Origin: Fistulifera solaris
Taxonomy: Eukaryota
Direction: 5' to 3'
Length of the DNA stretch: 64,000 bases
Assembly: GCA_030295235.1 (NCBI GenBank)
Contig: AP026125.1
Span: 1,736,001-1,800,000, forward strand
The notes under the pieces were generated by a model. That model had not been told where the DNA came from. It was given only the letters and a program-made list of their open reading frames with translations, and did no database searches. Positions 49,798-61,180 of this stretch are shown in pieces (position 1 is the first letter of the stretch; every line of letters starts with the position of its first letter). The translations under genes and the position numbers were made by a program.

Positions 49798-50223
49798 TTA
49801 ATTCTTAAGAGTCCATTTGTTACCATCGGGCCATTTAATACCAGCCGGAGCGGCGTCATCCCATACTCCCTTCAACGCCGGAGGACCTCCTTTGGGCGAG
49901 AAATCGACAAAGATGGTCGATCCATCAACGTTCCCTGTAAGCTTCCACGCCTTTCCACTTCCATCGGCGGGGCATCCCGGGTTTCCGTCGGTGCCGGACA
50001 ACGTAGCAGAGGCTCCCTGTACATTGATCACTCGTTGGCAATTGGGATGGTTAGGATCGGCGTACGACCCCGTAAAATCAACTGCGTTAACAATCAGTGG
50101 TGCCGCCGAGAGAGCCGCCGAGAATGAAGCCGCAGCCGCAGCTTTCTGAAGGGCTTGCGGTGTCATCCATGCCTGGCTGGTGTAAACCATCAGGGCCGCC
50201 AAAGTGGAAACGAAAATCTTCAT
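49798..50223 (-). CDS. Small protein of unknown function with plastid/thylakoid-lumen-like targeting
   Basis: Signal MKIFVSTLAALMVYTSQA-W, Ala-rich segment ending VNA, then a compact domain 'YADPNHPNC...DFSPKGGP...WPDGNKW'. Confidence 0.7.
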   Translation of the reverse strand: MKIFVSTLAALMVYTSQAWMTPQALQKAAAAASFSAALSAAPLIVNAVDFTGSYADPNHPNCQRVINVQGASATLSGTDGNPGCPADGSGKAWKLTGNVDGSTIFVDFSPKGGPPALKGVWDDAAPAGIKWPDGNKWTLKN

Positions 50224-50965
50224 AGTTCGATTGGTATTCTTATGAATTTCTGGGGAAGATGCAATCAACGGCTCTCGTTCGGAACTCCGCAACTGCATAC
50301 GATGATGCTGTATTGTGCCACTTTGAAGACAAGTGATATGACGAAGGATGAAGATCGTCAAATCTGTAAAACCATCTTATTGTTAGGTTTTTCTTTTGCT
50401 GATGCGATGATCTCATGCTTGATCAGAATGACTGAGTCACACTCACACCCATGAGAGGAGTCGTATGGCATTTTTAGGTCACGCATGCCAAACTTTGAAT
50501 TTTGCCGTGCAATTGCCTTGCAAAATGTTGCGTTTTTTACTTAATAGTACGACATACAAAATTATGGTTTCTAGTTACAAGTTTCAAAACCATTTTAGAC
50601 TATGGTTGAATGTGTAGATTGAAACCCTTAATTGAAGATCGATTTCGAACTTATGACTAAGGTTATGCGCCAAAAAAGATTAGTAACCTTAATGAGGTCG
50701 ATCAATTCCATTGATCGTTTAAGGGTTTCTAACTACACAGATGTCGATAGTCCTGAAATGGTTTTAGTTTGTCTAATTACAACTCGTCGTTCTTCGTGTC
50801 TCTCTAGTAAATAAAATCCGTAACATTTCGCAAGGGGATCGTAAGGAAAAAATGAAGGAATACGACGACGTGAAAGGACGACTTTTACAATCATTTCATC
50901 AATTGTTCAATACGTCATACATACCAATCAACTAGCTAATATCTTTGAGATTGTAATTTTGGGAC

Positions 50966-51454
50966 ATGGCCACCTGGAATTCAGAAAGCGATGAGGATGA
51001 ATTTTTTGGCGCTTCGGTCGAGGACGACAGTCGTAGAACCTGCACCGACGGCTTCGAAATGCATTCCGGATTGATACAAGCGGAAACCAATGCTCTAAAG
51101 GAACGCCACAAAGTAATTGGATACCATGAAATGTACGATGTGGCGAAAGAAAGTGCGCTACAGTCCGGTTTTGAGGCCGGCTATCGCGATCATTTTGATG
51201 TCTCGAGGAGAATTGGAGTCTTGATTGGCCGAACGGTCATGGACGCCAAGCGGAAGGAAAGCCAAGATCAGTGCGATCACTCTAATGAAGTGTCTAAAAA
51301 TATCCAAGCGCTTTTGCTGGTGAAAAATCATTTGATGACTATGGGTCCAGTACAAGACGACACAAATGCGAATCACGCAACAATCAAAGGAAGAAACAGT
51401 TTAGAGGAACTCGAAATGCAACTTTCTATTATATCAGAGTCAGATAGTGCTTAG
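50966..51454 (+). CDS. Yae1_N-domain protein
   Basis: Gly-spaced motif 'GYHEMYDVAKESALQSGFEAGY'. Confidence 0.65.
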   Translation: MATWNSESDEDEFFGASVEDDSRRTCTDGFEMHSGLIQAETNALKERHKVIGYHEMYDVAKESALQSGFEAGYRDHFDVSRRIGVLIGRTVMDAKRKESQDQCDHSNEVSKNIQALLLVKNHLMTMGPVQDDTNANHATIKGRNSLEELEMQLSIISESDSA

Positions 51455-51469
51455 CTCCAAGGCTACCAA

Positions 51470-52413
51470 GATGAAAGTTTCTAATTATTGTACAAAGTAT
51501 AGAAAAGACGACCCTTTGCCCTACTCACTCTTCTTCTTCCATTTCGTCTTCTTCTTCCAATGCATCTGCCGTTGGAAGATATTGATCTTCATATTTGTGA
51601 GTTGCTTTCGAAGTTTCTCATTGGCAGATTTCTCTTGCTCGATCGTATGCTCTAGCAGTCGTTTCTCTGCGCGTACGGCGTCGAGCTTCTTTTGTAGCGT
51701 GTTGGTCAACTGTGCGTGAACCAACGAGCTGAGCAAAACAAAAATACAGAAATCACAAGCAATTCAAACACAAAACAAACACGTACCATTTCTTCTTCAC
51801 TCTCCAATTCCAAAATGATACGACCTTTCTCTTCCTGTATCTTATCCATCTTTCTCATTAAAGAGTTGACTCGACCTTCTTCCATCACTTCTGCTTCCAA
51901 TTGAGAATGACCTGCCACGGTTCGCATGGCCGCTAAATCTCCAGCAATGCGGCCCATGCGTTGTCGTTCTCGCTTTAAAACAAGACGAAGTTCTTCCAGA
52001 CTCATACCCGCTTCTTTGATTTCCAGTTCTTTGGCCCGCTGCCGTTCAGCAGAAGCGGCCGCTTCCATCGCTTTGCGCTGTTCGGCATGATCGGGGGTCA
52101 GAAACGGCATGCGCGGTAATACCGATAGTGGTATCATCGGATTGTGATGGTGATTCGTCGGATGATGGTGATAATGCGGCGACCCCGGAACCGAACGCGT
52201 CGTATAAGGGGACGTCGGAGGATAATGACCAACGGGAGCTTTTCCTAATGTCATAACTGGAGAACCCACGAGTCCGCGTCGAGTGTGCGGCGGGGAATGC
52301 GGTATTTGGAACGAATGCGATGCAGGAGACGCATGGTGATTGTTGGCGGACTTGTCATGTGGACGACTCTCTCGAGACGCAGGGGAGTTGCTCGTGTGGG
52401 GTGTCGAAGCCAT
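51470..52413 (-). CDS. CCDC6/DUF2046-like coiled-coil protein, 2 exons; 3' end approximate
   Basis: 'EEGRVNSLMRKMDKIQEEK' and, across the intron at about 51711-51785, 'ESEEEMLTNTLQKKLDAVRAEK'. Confidence 0.65.
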
Positions 52414-52577
52414 TCGTTTTATGTTTGCTTGTGATAATAAATGAAAATAAACAACGTAGTGTCGCCGACGATGTTCGCCAAGTGAGAATGCTCAACTCGA
52501 ACAAATGTGTCAAGTGTCAATGATGATGGCAAAACAAGCATCAAAAAGCAAAAAGATACGGAGTATTTTTTCACGTT

Positions 52578-52905
52578 CACGTGTCACGTGTCCAGAAAAT
52601 GTGGGTGAGTGATTTTTCACGTCTCCAGAAAATGTGTAGGCTTGTGATTTTTCACGTGTCCAGAAAATGTGGGGTGTGGTTTTTCGCGTGTCCAGAAAAT
52701 GTGGGAGTGTGGTTTTTCACGTGTCCTGAAAATGTGTGAGGGTAATTTTTCGCGTGTCCAGAAAATGTGGGCCAGTGGTTTTTCGCGTCTCCAGAAAATT
52801 TGGGCGAGTGGTTTTTCGCGTATCCAGAAAATGTGGGCGAATGGCTTTTCACGTACCCAGAAAATGTTGGGGTGTGGTTTTTCTCGTGGCTAGAAAATGT
52901 GGGCA
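52578..52905. repeat. Minisatellite: about 10 copies of a 33-bp unit (C(A/G)CGTGTCCAGAAAATGTGGG...TTTT)
   Basis: TCCAGAAAAT-like core at 52591, 52624, 52658, 52691, 52724, 52757, 52790, 52823, 52856 and about 52890. Confidence 0.93.
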
Positions 52906-52990
52906 ACCCGACAAAACAAGGACCCGACATAAAATAATAATATCAATCAATCTATTCCATACCTTTATCTGGCTTTTATTATTCACTTCA

Positions 52991-53930
52991 ATGCGTTCCT
53001 ACTTCCTGCTAACTCCCATTTATTTGATCGCATTTATTGTTGATCCATTTGCGGTGGCGTCGTCGCTAGCCAACAACAATGACATGCCAGGAAGAGCCGG
53101 CATCGATTCGTTTGTGACGGGGGCCCCGATGGTTCTTGGAGCTGTTTGTAAAGACGGCGTGGCCCTCATAGCTGCGCATACTTCTTCAGCGGAAGAGCCT
53201 CTTTTATATTCCATTCATCCGCAAGCTTCGGACGACTGGTTCCTCGACTTGCCCGAGAATTATGCCGGTCCCTTTCGCATTCGTTCGGTCGATCGATTTG
53301 GGACGGCATTTGTGGCGTGTGGATGGAGAGCGGACGGCGATTATTTGTTTGAGAAAATCAAAGAGGTCGCAGCCACTGAAATCCTAGAATATGGTCTTCC
53401 TTCGATGACACATTATCGCAAGTACTTGGCGTCACAGCTTTCTGTTTGTATGGCTCGATGCGCTCTCTCGGATCAGGTAAGCAAGAAGAATCATTTAAGA
53501 ACTACATGGTGTCTTTTGTCTCTCAATTTTCTCATCCTCATGTCTACACTCAGATTCGAACGTTGAGTTCGGCATGCTTGCTTGCATTTCCGGTCATGGA
53601 CTCCGCCGTTCCGTCTCTTTGGCTCGTGGATCTAACGGGGGCCTATCCCGTGCGCGCCATGTGTCTCGGGGAGGACTGGACACAACGAGTGGCGAACCCA
53701 TTGCGAAATCGGTACAACGTCGGTTGAGAAAAACGGATATTGACTTTGCTTCCATCACAGTAGAAGAAGGCGTGAACGAATTGTTGAAGCTACTTCGAGA
53801 ACAAGAGGGCAACGAAGGTTGTCGAGGTGCTTTGCTACAGAAAGATACCCGGCTGGAAATCGCGCTATTGAAAGAACAAAACGGCATTTTTACCAGAAGT
53901 AGAATCGCTTCCCTTCTACTAGACAGATAG
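52991..53930 (+). CDS. Divergent 20S proteasome subunit-like (Ntn hydrolase fold) protein with signal peptide
   Basis: 'GAPMVLGAVCKDGVALIA', 'ACGWRADG' and 'LWLVDLTGAY'; intron at about 53477-53553; hydrophobic N-terminus. Confidence 0.68.
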
Positions 53931-53993
53931 ATGAGGCGAATCAAACATTTTTTGCTATTGCTACAAATTACAATTCGCGCAGTCGGCCTGTAC

Positions 53994-55863
53994 TCAATGA
54001 CCCGCTCTATGGGCCTTTTTCTTTCCCTTGCCTTTCTTCTTCTTTGAGTTTGCTGTCGACTGATCGGTTCGGGCCTTTTCTACTGTCGTATCCTTCTTCA
54101 TCATGGCTTCAAAATCTTCTTGGCTGTTCGTGGGTGTAGATTCTTCCGTGGCACCACCACTTCTCTCTGGGTCGAAGGCGGCTTGCAGAGATTCCTCCGA
54201 CGACATATCCCATAGAGCAAGCTGGTTTCCTGAACCACCGCATCCCAGCAACCACGGAGTAGATGGATAAAACGATAAAGCAAACAGCTTGCCCACGCAC
54301 ATGTCCTTAGTCGTGATTAATCTTGGTGAGATGTTTGCTGCGGGTGCATTGTTTTGTGCGTAAGCGTTCCACAATGACACAGTGGCGTCCCTCGAACATG
54401 TAGCCATCATTCCGGGGACTTTATGATTGTAAGCCAAATTCGTCACACCGCCATATTCGTTTACTATGTGGGTCCAAAGTGGTGATGAGCTTTGAAACGA
54501 TCTCACGTCCCAGCAACTCATCGACCCATCTTCGCTTAAGACGGTGAGATACTCCGAATGAAAAGGATCCCAAGCAATGGCCTCGCAATCGGACGGTAAT
54601 TTGATGCTCTTTAAATTTTCGCCATTCGTACGGGCATCTAAAAGTGCGACGGTGCGGTCAAACGATCCTGTTGCGAGTAAGGTACCCTCCGACGGATGCC
54701 ACGCTACGCACTGTACTTTGTCTCGGTGATGGGAGAATGTGGCCGAATCGCAGCGCTCGTTGATGTTCCCAGATTCCCGAGTGACGTCCCATAGCTTTAC
54801 AGTTTTATCTGCAGATCCACTGGCGAGCACTTGTCTATGAATCGTGTTCCAAGAAAGCGACATGACAGCTTCCTCGTGGCTACCCGGTCGTAGCCCACTA
54901 GGAAGGGGCTTCCTTCTCTTTTCCGGTTGTTTACCTGCGGCGGCTTTTAGCATTTGCAATTTCAACAAATCATCCGCTGCTGAAGTATCTTCTCCACCTA
55001 ATACGCATGTTGGTTCAAGGGCATTCATAATATCCAAATTCCAAATCTCAATACCAGGAGAGAAGGTTCCGACGGCGCAGAAATTTCCAGTTCGTCCACC
55101 TGTAGCGACTTGTCCGTGAGCGAGACACAATGGATAAGATGGCAACGGAATATCGTGGTGCACAAATAGGTTTCCAGTCACTTGATCGTACACGTGAACT
55201 TCCAAACTCGCGAAATCCTGCAAATCACATTCGTTAGAACTTTGTAAAGTAGGACTGGGTCGACCAATGCAGCTGCCCCTAAGCCAAGCAATCTCTCACC
55301 TCCTCTGTTTTTGCAACAACTAAAATTGCGTCGTCTTCTTTCAGTTCTATATCTTCAGTATCACTGTTTTCATCGTCGTCGGTTGTGGCATACATACCAC
55401 CGGTCATCCCCGAATCTGCAAAACGCATAGCTTCAAGACCTTCGACGTTCAACGCGTCAAACTCTCTCGTATCAGGTACATCCGAAAGATCATCATCTTC
55501 GTCATCGGAAACCGAAGCGCCGGATTCGTCTTCTTTGCTGGCCTCGTCGGCTGGGTCATCCTCTTGTTCCTCCCTCGTCACCGGGGTCTGTTTCGTCCCC
55601 CGCCATGAGCAAGTCGGCTACGTCTTCTTCGTCACTCGAATATTCGTCCATTCTCAGGTCCGCTGGAAGCGTATTTTCGACTTTCGGCAGAACGATTTTC
55701 TCCTTTTGTCCAGTTTCGCCATCAATTTGGATTCGAGCTCCGCCATGTCGCCTCCTTGTTTCTCCATCATTTCTAGAAGCTCGCGTTCCGTGCTGCTTAT
55801 CTCGTACCGCTTGGGGTTTGGGTCTGCGACGCCCCTGGGCACCCATGCTAGAGACGATATCAT
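53994..55863 (-). CDS. PWP1: Periodic tryptophan protein 1 (WD40)
   Basis: N-terminus 'MISSLAWVPRGVA', 'LEVHVYD...NLFVHHDIPLPSYPLCL', 'LASGSADKTVKLWD' and WD repeats. Confidence 0.93.
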
Positions 55864-56152
55864 GCTGCTGAGTTATGAACTTCAAGTCCAGTCTGTGTTG
55901 TAGAATGCGGAAAAATTTTGCTCGGCGTCGAAATTTCAAAGTTTTCTTGGCTGTCATTATTTAGGTGTGTCGTACGGACGATTACATGAAAGAAGTTTGG
56001 TTATAGGGATCGGGTCGTTCGCAGATCTCTCGTGTTATTGAAAATAAAACAACAAAAACTAGGTCTACGCGCTAGAAACCTATAGCAAGCTAGTTCTTCT
56101 AGTTGACTCGAACATCGCTTTAAGAAATAATTATATCTTCATCTCCTAGAGT

Positions 56153-57697
56153 TTATAGCTGTTCTGATGTGTTGCCATTTACTTGTTCATCGCTGTAGTA
56201 TTTGTAAAATTGGTCCAACTCGAAGACGTTTTCTATACTGCCTAAAAAGGTGGGAACCCTAATCAAGCAAGTCGATAAAAGGTGAGCTAGTCCTGCTTCT
56301 GAACACCATCAACATTCCGTGCAAGCAAACTCACCTTTGATGTGTTTCTTTCGGCTTGACGTCAAGTATTCTCCTGCTTCCTGTCGACCCAGCTCCTCCC
56401 GCTTGTTCCATGATCATTGCCATGGGTGCCGATTCGTAAAGCAGACGTAGCTTTCCTTCTTTGTTGCCCAAAGTTCGAGGATATCCATAAATTCCACCGT
56501 TGATGAGAACATTGTGAACATCGGCAACCATAGATCCAATATACCGTGCCGTGGATCTTTTGGAATAAGAGAAAATGAATAAGCCACCCATGCGGATCAA
56601 ATATAAATTGATTGCTGACAAACTCTTACCGCTTTTTTATTGAGCTGGAGCCATGTTTCAATGCGCTGAGATACTTCTGAACTGGTTCGTCGAAGTCGTT
56701 GTAGTTGGCCTCGTTGAAGCTGTAAATGGCTCCATTCGAAGGGATTCGGATATCTTGATGAGTGTGTAGGAATCTGGACACATCAGGATCCAAAGTAAAG
56801 CCATCCACACCCGATCCTAAAGTAAGCACTAAGATTGTCGTTGCACTTTTGACCGAACAGAGAATATGAGTAAGATGAGATTACGCGAGCAGGCGAAGCA
56901 AGCCGATTACGACTTACGAGTACAGGCAATATCCAGCTGCCACCAATGAATTACCATCCTGAAGGAAGCTATCGGCATTCACTGGCTTTCCTGGCTGCGT
57001 GCGATAGATACCAAAAATGCTTCCCACCGGAAGTGAAGCGTCAATGTTTTTCGACCCGTCAATCGGATCGAAGACGGCGATGTATTCCCCTTGACCAAAC
57101 ACAGAATCATTCTTCCATCGTGAGACAAAATAGCGGGTGAGATTCTATCTTGCTCGGTCACGTTGCACATGTGGTTGAATCTTACCATGACATCGGCGCA
57201 ACATCGGGGTTCATCATCTTCTTCCGAGGCGACGGAATGAATATTACAGCTGCTGCCACAAAATGCTTGCATCATGATCGTGTTACAAAGTACATCGAGT
57301 TTTTGTTGAACCTCTCCTTGTACATTTTCTTCGAGAGGATTTCCTGCCACATCCACTGCCACGCCATACACATCATCGGTCTGCGCCCTTTGTACGATAC
57401 GGTTGATTTGTTTACACGCTTCCGCCACCGCCTGCAAGACCGGTTCTAAACCCCGCAATTCTGGTCGTTTCCAGCATTCAATTTCTAAATATCGAGGAAA
57501 TGTAGTCAACGCTTTCTTTTCAATTGTTTCGGCAGTTTGATCGGCGCACTGTCGGATGAATCAAAGGAAGCCGCGGGCAGTCTGTGCGTTACGCGTCTCG
57601 CTTTGTACTGGTTAAGCGATGTAGTCTGAAAGCCCACCGACGGCGCTGGGCAATGCAAGCAAATGAAAAGTCCGAGGAGAGTGATGGATTGTCTCAT
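56153..57697 (-). CDS. FBP: Fructose-1,6-bisphosphatase class I, plastid-targeted, multi-exon
   Basis: '[12 protein letters not shown]', '[11 protein letters not shown]', '[11 protein letters not shown]' and 'GKLRLLYE'; presequence ...SVG-F; several short introns. Confidence 0.93.
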
Positions 57698-58042
57698 TAG
57701 TGCCTTGGATGTGCAATGAGAGAACACGTCACGCTGCTGATTATATCGAGAAAGAGATTCTCGGTGATGTTAGAAATCCTTTCCGAATGTGAGGCGGTCG
57801 ATGTTAAAGCTTCACTTTCGTTACAAATATTGTTGGTCGGATTTTGCTTTCATTGTCGTTTTTGTCATCGCAATATTTTTCGGTGGCAGAAAAAACCTGA
57901 GTACCGATTTTTCAATAAATGCCATAGTAGAAGTACCCGTACGACTACTAAACTTACTGTCCGTCAGACGCACGGCGCACCTCTCGTCCACCCAACACCC
58001 AACATCCACATCCCGCCTTATTTTTTTTTTGGAAGAAAAGAT

Positions 58043-58071
58043 CTTCTCTTAGTATATATAACTAAAAGAAG
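58043..58071. other. Candidate recombinase site: 11-bp inverted arms around a 7-bp spacer (repeated at 61183-61211)
   Basis: CTTCTCTTAGT-ATATATA-ACTAAAAGAAG; arms match at 10 of 11 positions; located exactly at the unit boundary. Confidence 0.6.
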
Positions 58072-58356
58072 TAGACAAAGGATAATTTAACACGGTGGTG
58101 GGCCGTGATGGGAAAGTGCACCGGGCGTGCACCTGGCCCGGTGCACACCAGGTGCACACCGGGTCGATCGCCTAGTTTTTTCATAGTTACAGTACAATCA
58201 ATGTCGTAGGACATTTTGTCACATACCAAGCCTCTTTTCGAACGTCCGAAAAAGCTCGCGCCGACCACTTTTTTGGTTTTTTTCCCTCGCAATCTCACAA
58301 TGGACGATCGAAAATGATCAAACTAGCGTATTAATTGTTAAATAAGAAGCAAAACA

Positions 58357-60856
58357 ATGCGTGTCTCTACTAATGTCGACAATTCGGACAATACTGCCGC
58401 TACTTTCCGTCCCAGAAAGCTCGGACATACGGTCAACATTAGCGTGAACGGCCGAGGGAAGAGGCCGAGGCTATCTCGGAAATCCACAAATTGCATATCA
58501 AATATAGTCTCAATACTTCCAAGCAGAAGCCGATCACTCGCACAGCAATGCGCAGAACCGACAGTAATGATGAAACAATCAAAGACTACAAGCGAATGTG
58601 GCGAGTTGTATCATTTCTCTATTAAAATTAAGGACTACCGTACGGCAGCTATCATGAGTGACACGTATCGCGCATTCAATCCGCTTCCGGCGCAACCCGA
58701 AACTATTTGTCTGTACTGGAAATGGAAGATTACAGCCAAAGCTAAGCACGTTTTGGATCCTCTCGGTAATCAGGTCATGTGGCAGAAAATTTACGGACCG
58801 AATGAGCCGATGGTGCCGATGATGAAGCAGGAAAGTGGAGCAGTCCTACTTGCCTTGAGAAGTCGATGGCGGCCTTCAAACTTGTTCATAGCGAGCATGA
58901 TTTTCTGAACGGGCCATACCAGGGTCATTCGCGAGCATTGTGCGGAACTGAACACAAAGAAAGATGAACGCGGCGAGGAAATTCCGATCGATTTTTCGCG
59001 AGGGCTTTCGAAACCTTTGTGCGCCGATCATCTCAACAACGCACTTTTGAAGCCTCGAGGCAACCCGCTTGAATATATTGACGTGAAGAAAGAATATGAC
59101 TGCTTGCATTTGACTTTGTTGAAAAATCACGAAGAAAGGGAATTTTCAATTGACGGCCGAAACAAATCCGGATGATGCGTGCGTCAGCTTCTGAACTCGA
59201 GGAAAGGAGGCCCGATTGGATCGATGAAGAATCAGCAGCTCTCACGTCATGATCCTCCCTCGGCATTAAGTTGTTTCTGCGCGGCAGGGAGGTCTGTAAT
59301 ATCATGTTGCTGGACTTTCCGAAAGACCACTTCGCTGTATCGACCGAGCCTGGCGAAGAATCCGTTCTGTTTCTGACTCTCCAAGTCATGGGGAAAGATA
59401 GCAATCAGTACACGATACTCCGTGATTTATCGCTGACGATGACCATCCGAATTTTGTCCTGTTCGACATTTGTTGGCGACATCTACGCTGCTGGCATTGG
59501 AGGAATGCGTAAAGGATACTTGTTTCCGGAATGGAAAGAGCTCTCCGGTCATATGCAAGCGCGCTTCAAAGATAAAAGCCAGTTGAGACGATCATTCGAA
59601 GAGCCAGTAAAGTACGACGACTTTCTTAAGAGACTCAAGGTGCGTTTCAAAATTCAAATTCAAATCGTTGTACTGAAAGTGGCTGTTGTTTACTCCGCAC
59701 TCACCGTTTTTTCGGTTGTTCTATAATACAGAACTGTATTAAGACCTCTTTGGGGCCAGAGTACGATCCTAAACACATGACTGTTGGAACGCATTCACTT
59801 AGAAAGACTGGTTTTCTCTTTGCCATTTTCGGCATTCAGAGCCGTTACCTTGAGAGCGGCGTTCTTTTGAAAGTACGCCGAAAAATCAGCCAATCGAAGA
59901 CGTCGCCTTGTTGAAGTCCGCGCGCCATCACGCTAAAACGGACACCTCCGTTTACCATCAAGACGCTCTTACGCTTTTTTGCCGATTATCGCCGTCAACC
60001 GCATCTCCAGCGACTTGAACAGGGTATCGGGATGGGAGTCTATTTGGGTCGCCAATGTCGATCATCGCAAAAACAACGACGACACAACATCCACGGACAT
60101 GAACATCATTGACGTGGCAAATTTCTTCGTCAAGAAAGAACTCGGCATCACTATCAGCCACACGACGTTCGACGGAATTCTCGTTCGCGGCGGAAGCAAA
60201 GGGGAAGCAACTGAGTGCGGAGGAGGAGTTCAATCAGCTTTTCGGCGATTTGAGTGTCACTGTCAAGCAGAACATCTGGATGTTCGCCAATAAGAAAAAA
60301 ATTGTGTACCTGCGCTTGCATGCCCATGAAGATATGGAAATAGGTACGAAAATTCGTGATCGTCTCTCTCTTACGGAACCCTTCATCATTAACTCGATCT
60401 TTGTTCACTGCAGACAACAATGATAACGGCCGAAAGCAACGGACGGAGATGACGGTGACAATGCCAAGAAGCCGGAAGTTGGACAGCGGCAATAAAAAGT
60501 CAAGTCGCTGGCAAGGCAGTATGGAACTGTGAGTTACGCCTCTCAGAGGGATGAGCTTTCTCAAGCTGTCGCTCGCCAGAAGCAAGCTGTCAAAAATCAA
60601 TCAGGAATCTTAGAATGTCGCGAAAGCTGTTTTTGATCTCGTCAAGAAATTTGCCAAGCTCGAGAATCCCACTGGAAGTAACAATCCAGATGCAGTTGAT
60701 GGGCCATCTCATACTTGGGTGAATAAAATGCGAGATTCAGCAAAAAAGTATGCCAAGTGTATCGAAACTTGCTGGATGGACAAGGGTGGAATCGACGGCT
60801 TCATGGCTCTGCCGGTGGCTCTTGCTAGCTCGGAATACAAGTGCAAATGCCAGTAG
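58357..60856 (+). CDS. Tyrosine recombinase (phage-integrase superfamily), frameshifted in this assembly
   Basis: Consensus of both copies: 'ETIKDYKRMWRELYHF' (core-binding-like), R in 'FLRGREV' (about 59274), K in 'VMGKDS', 'FCPVRHLL', HxxR 'THSLRKTG' (59792), 'SARH' (59917) and Tyr in 'SVYHQD' (59953). In-frame GT-AG intron 59640-59731. Confidence 0.82.
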
Positions 60857-61180
60857 GTCGGCAATGCATAGGTCATCATACATATAACTACATATTAATA
60901 GGTAATTTACATGATTAAACGAGTTTTATCTGTTTTACATGTCGATTGCTGTGATTTTTGTTTCGGTCGTCGTCGATGAGCTGAAAATGTGAGATGACGA
61001 TTTGGCTTTCTGCGATGGGGTTGAGGGTAGAAAGGTAAAGTTTACCGTGCGACGCGCAGACTGCGAAGTTTTTTTTCGGAGGTGTTCGCACATTGAGAAC
61101 GAAAAGCTCGTCAGTGCCGCATAGTCGGAACTTGAGTACCGGATGGACCCGGTGTGCCTGGTGCACAACCACAGAATATC

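Larger units (their letters stand above)
58041..61180 (+). mobile_element. Crypton-like tyrosine-recombinase DNA element, copy 1 (3,140-bp unit)
   Basis: Directly repeated from 61181. Carries an intron-containing YR gene; no RT, long TIRs or LTRs seen. Confidence 0.82.

Noticed and set aside
1..57700. Widespread pseudogenisation or programmed frameshifting
   Set aside because: Frame breaks fall mostly in homopolymer runs of essential genes (SEC8, PWP1, TIC20, NDUFB10), so sequencing indels are the simpler explanation.
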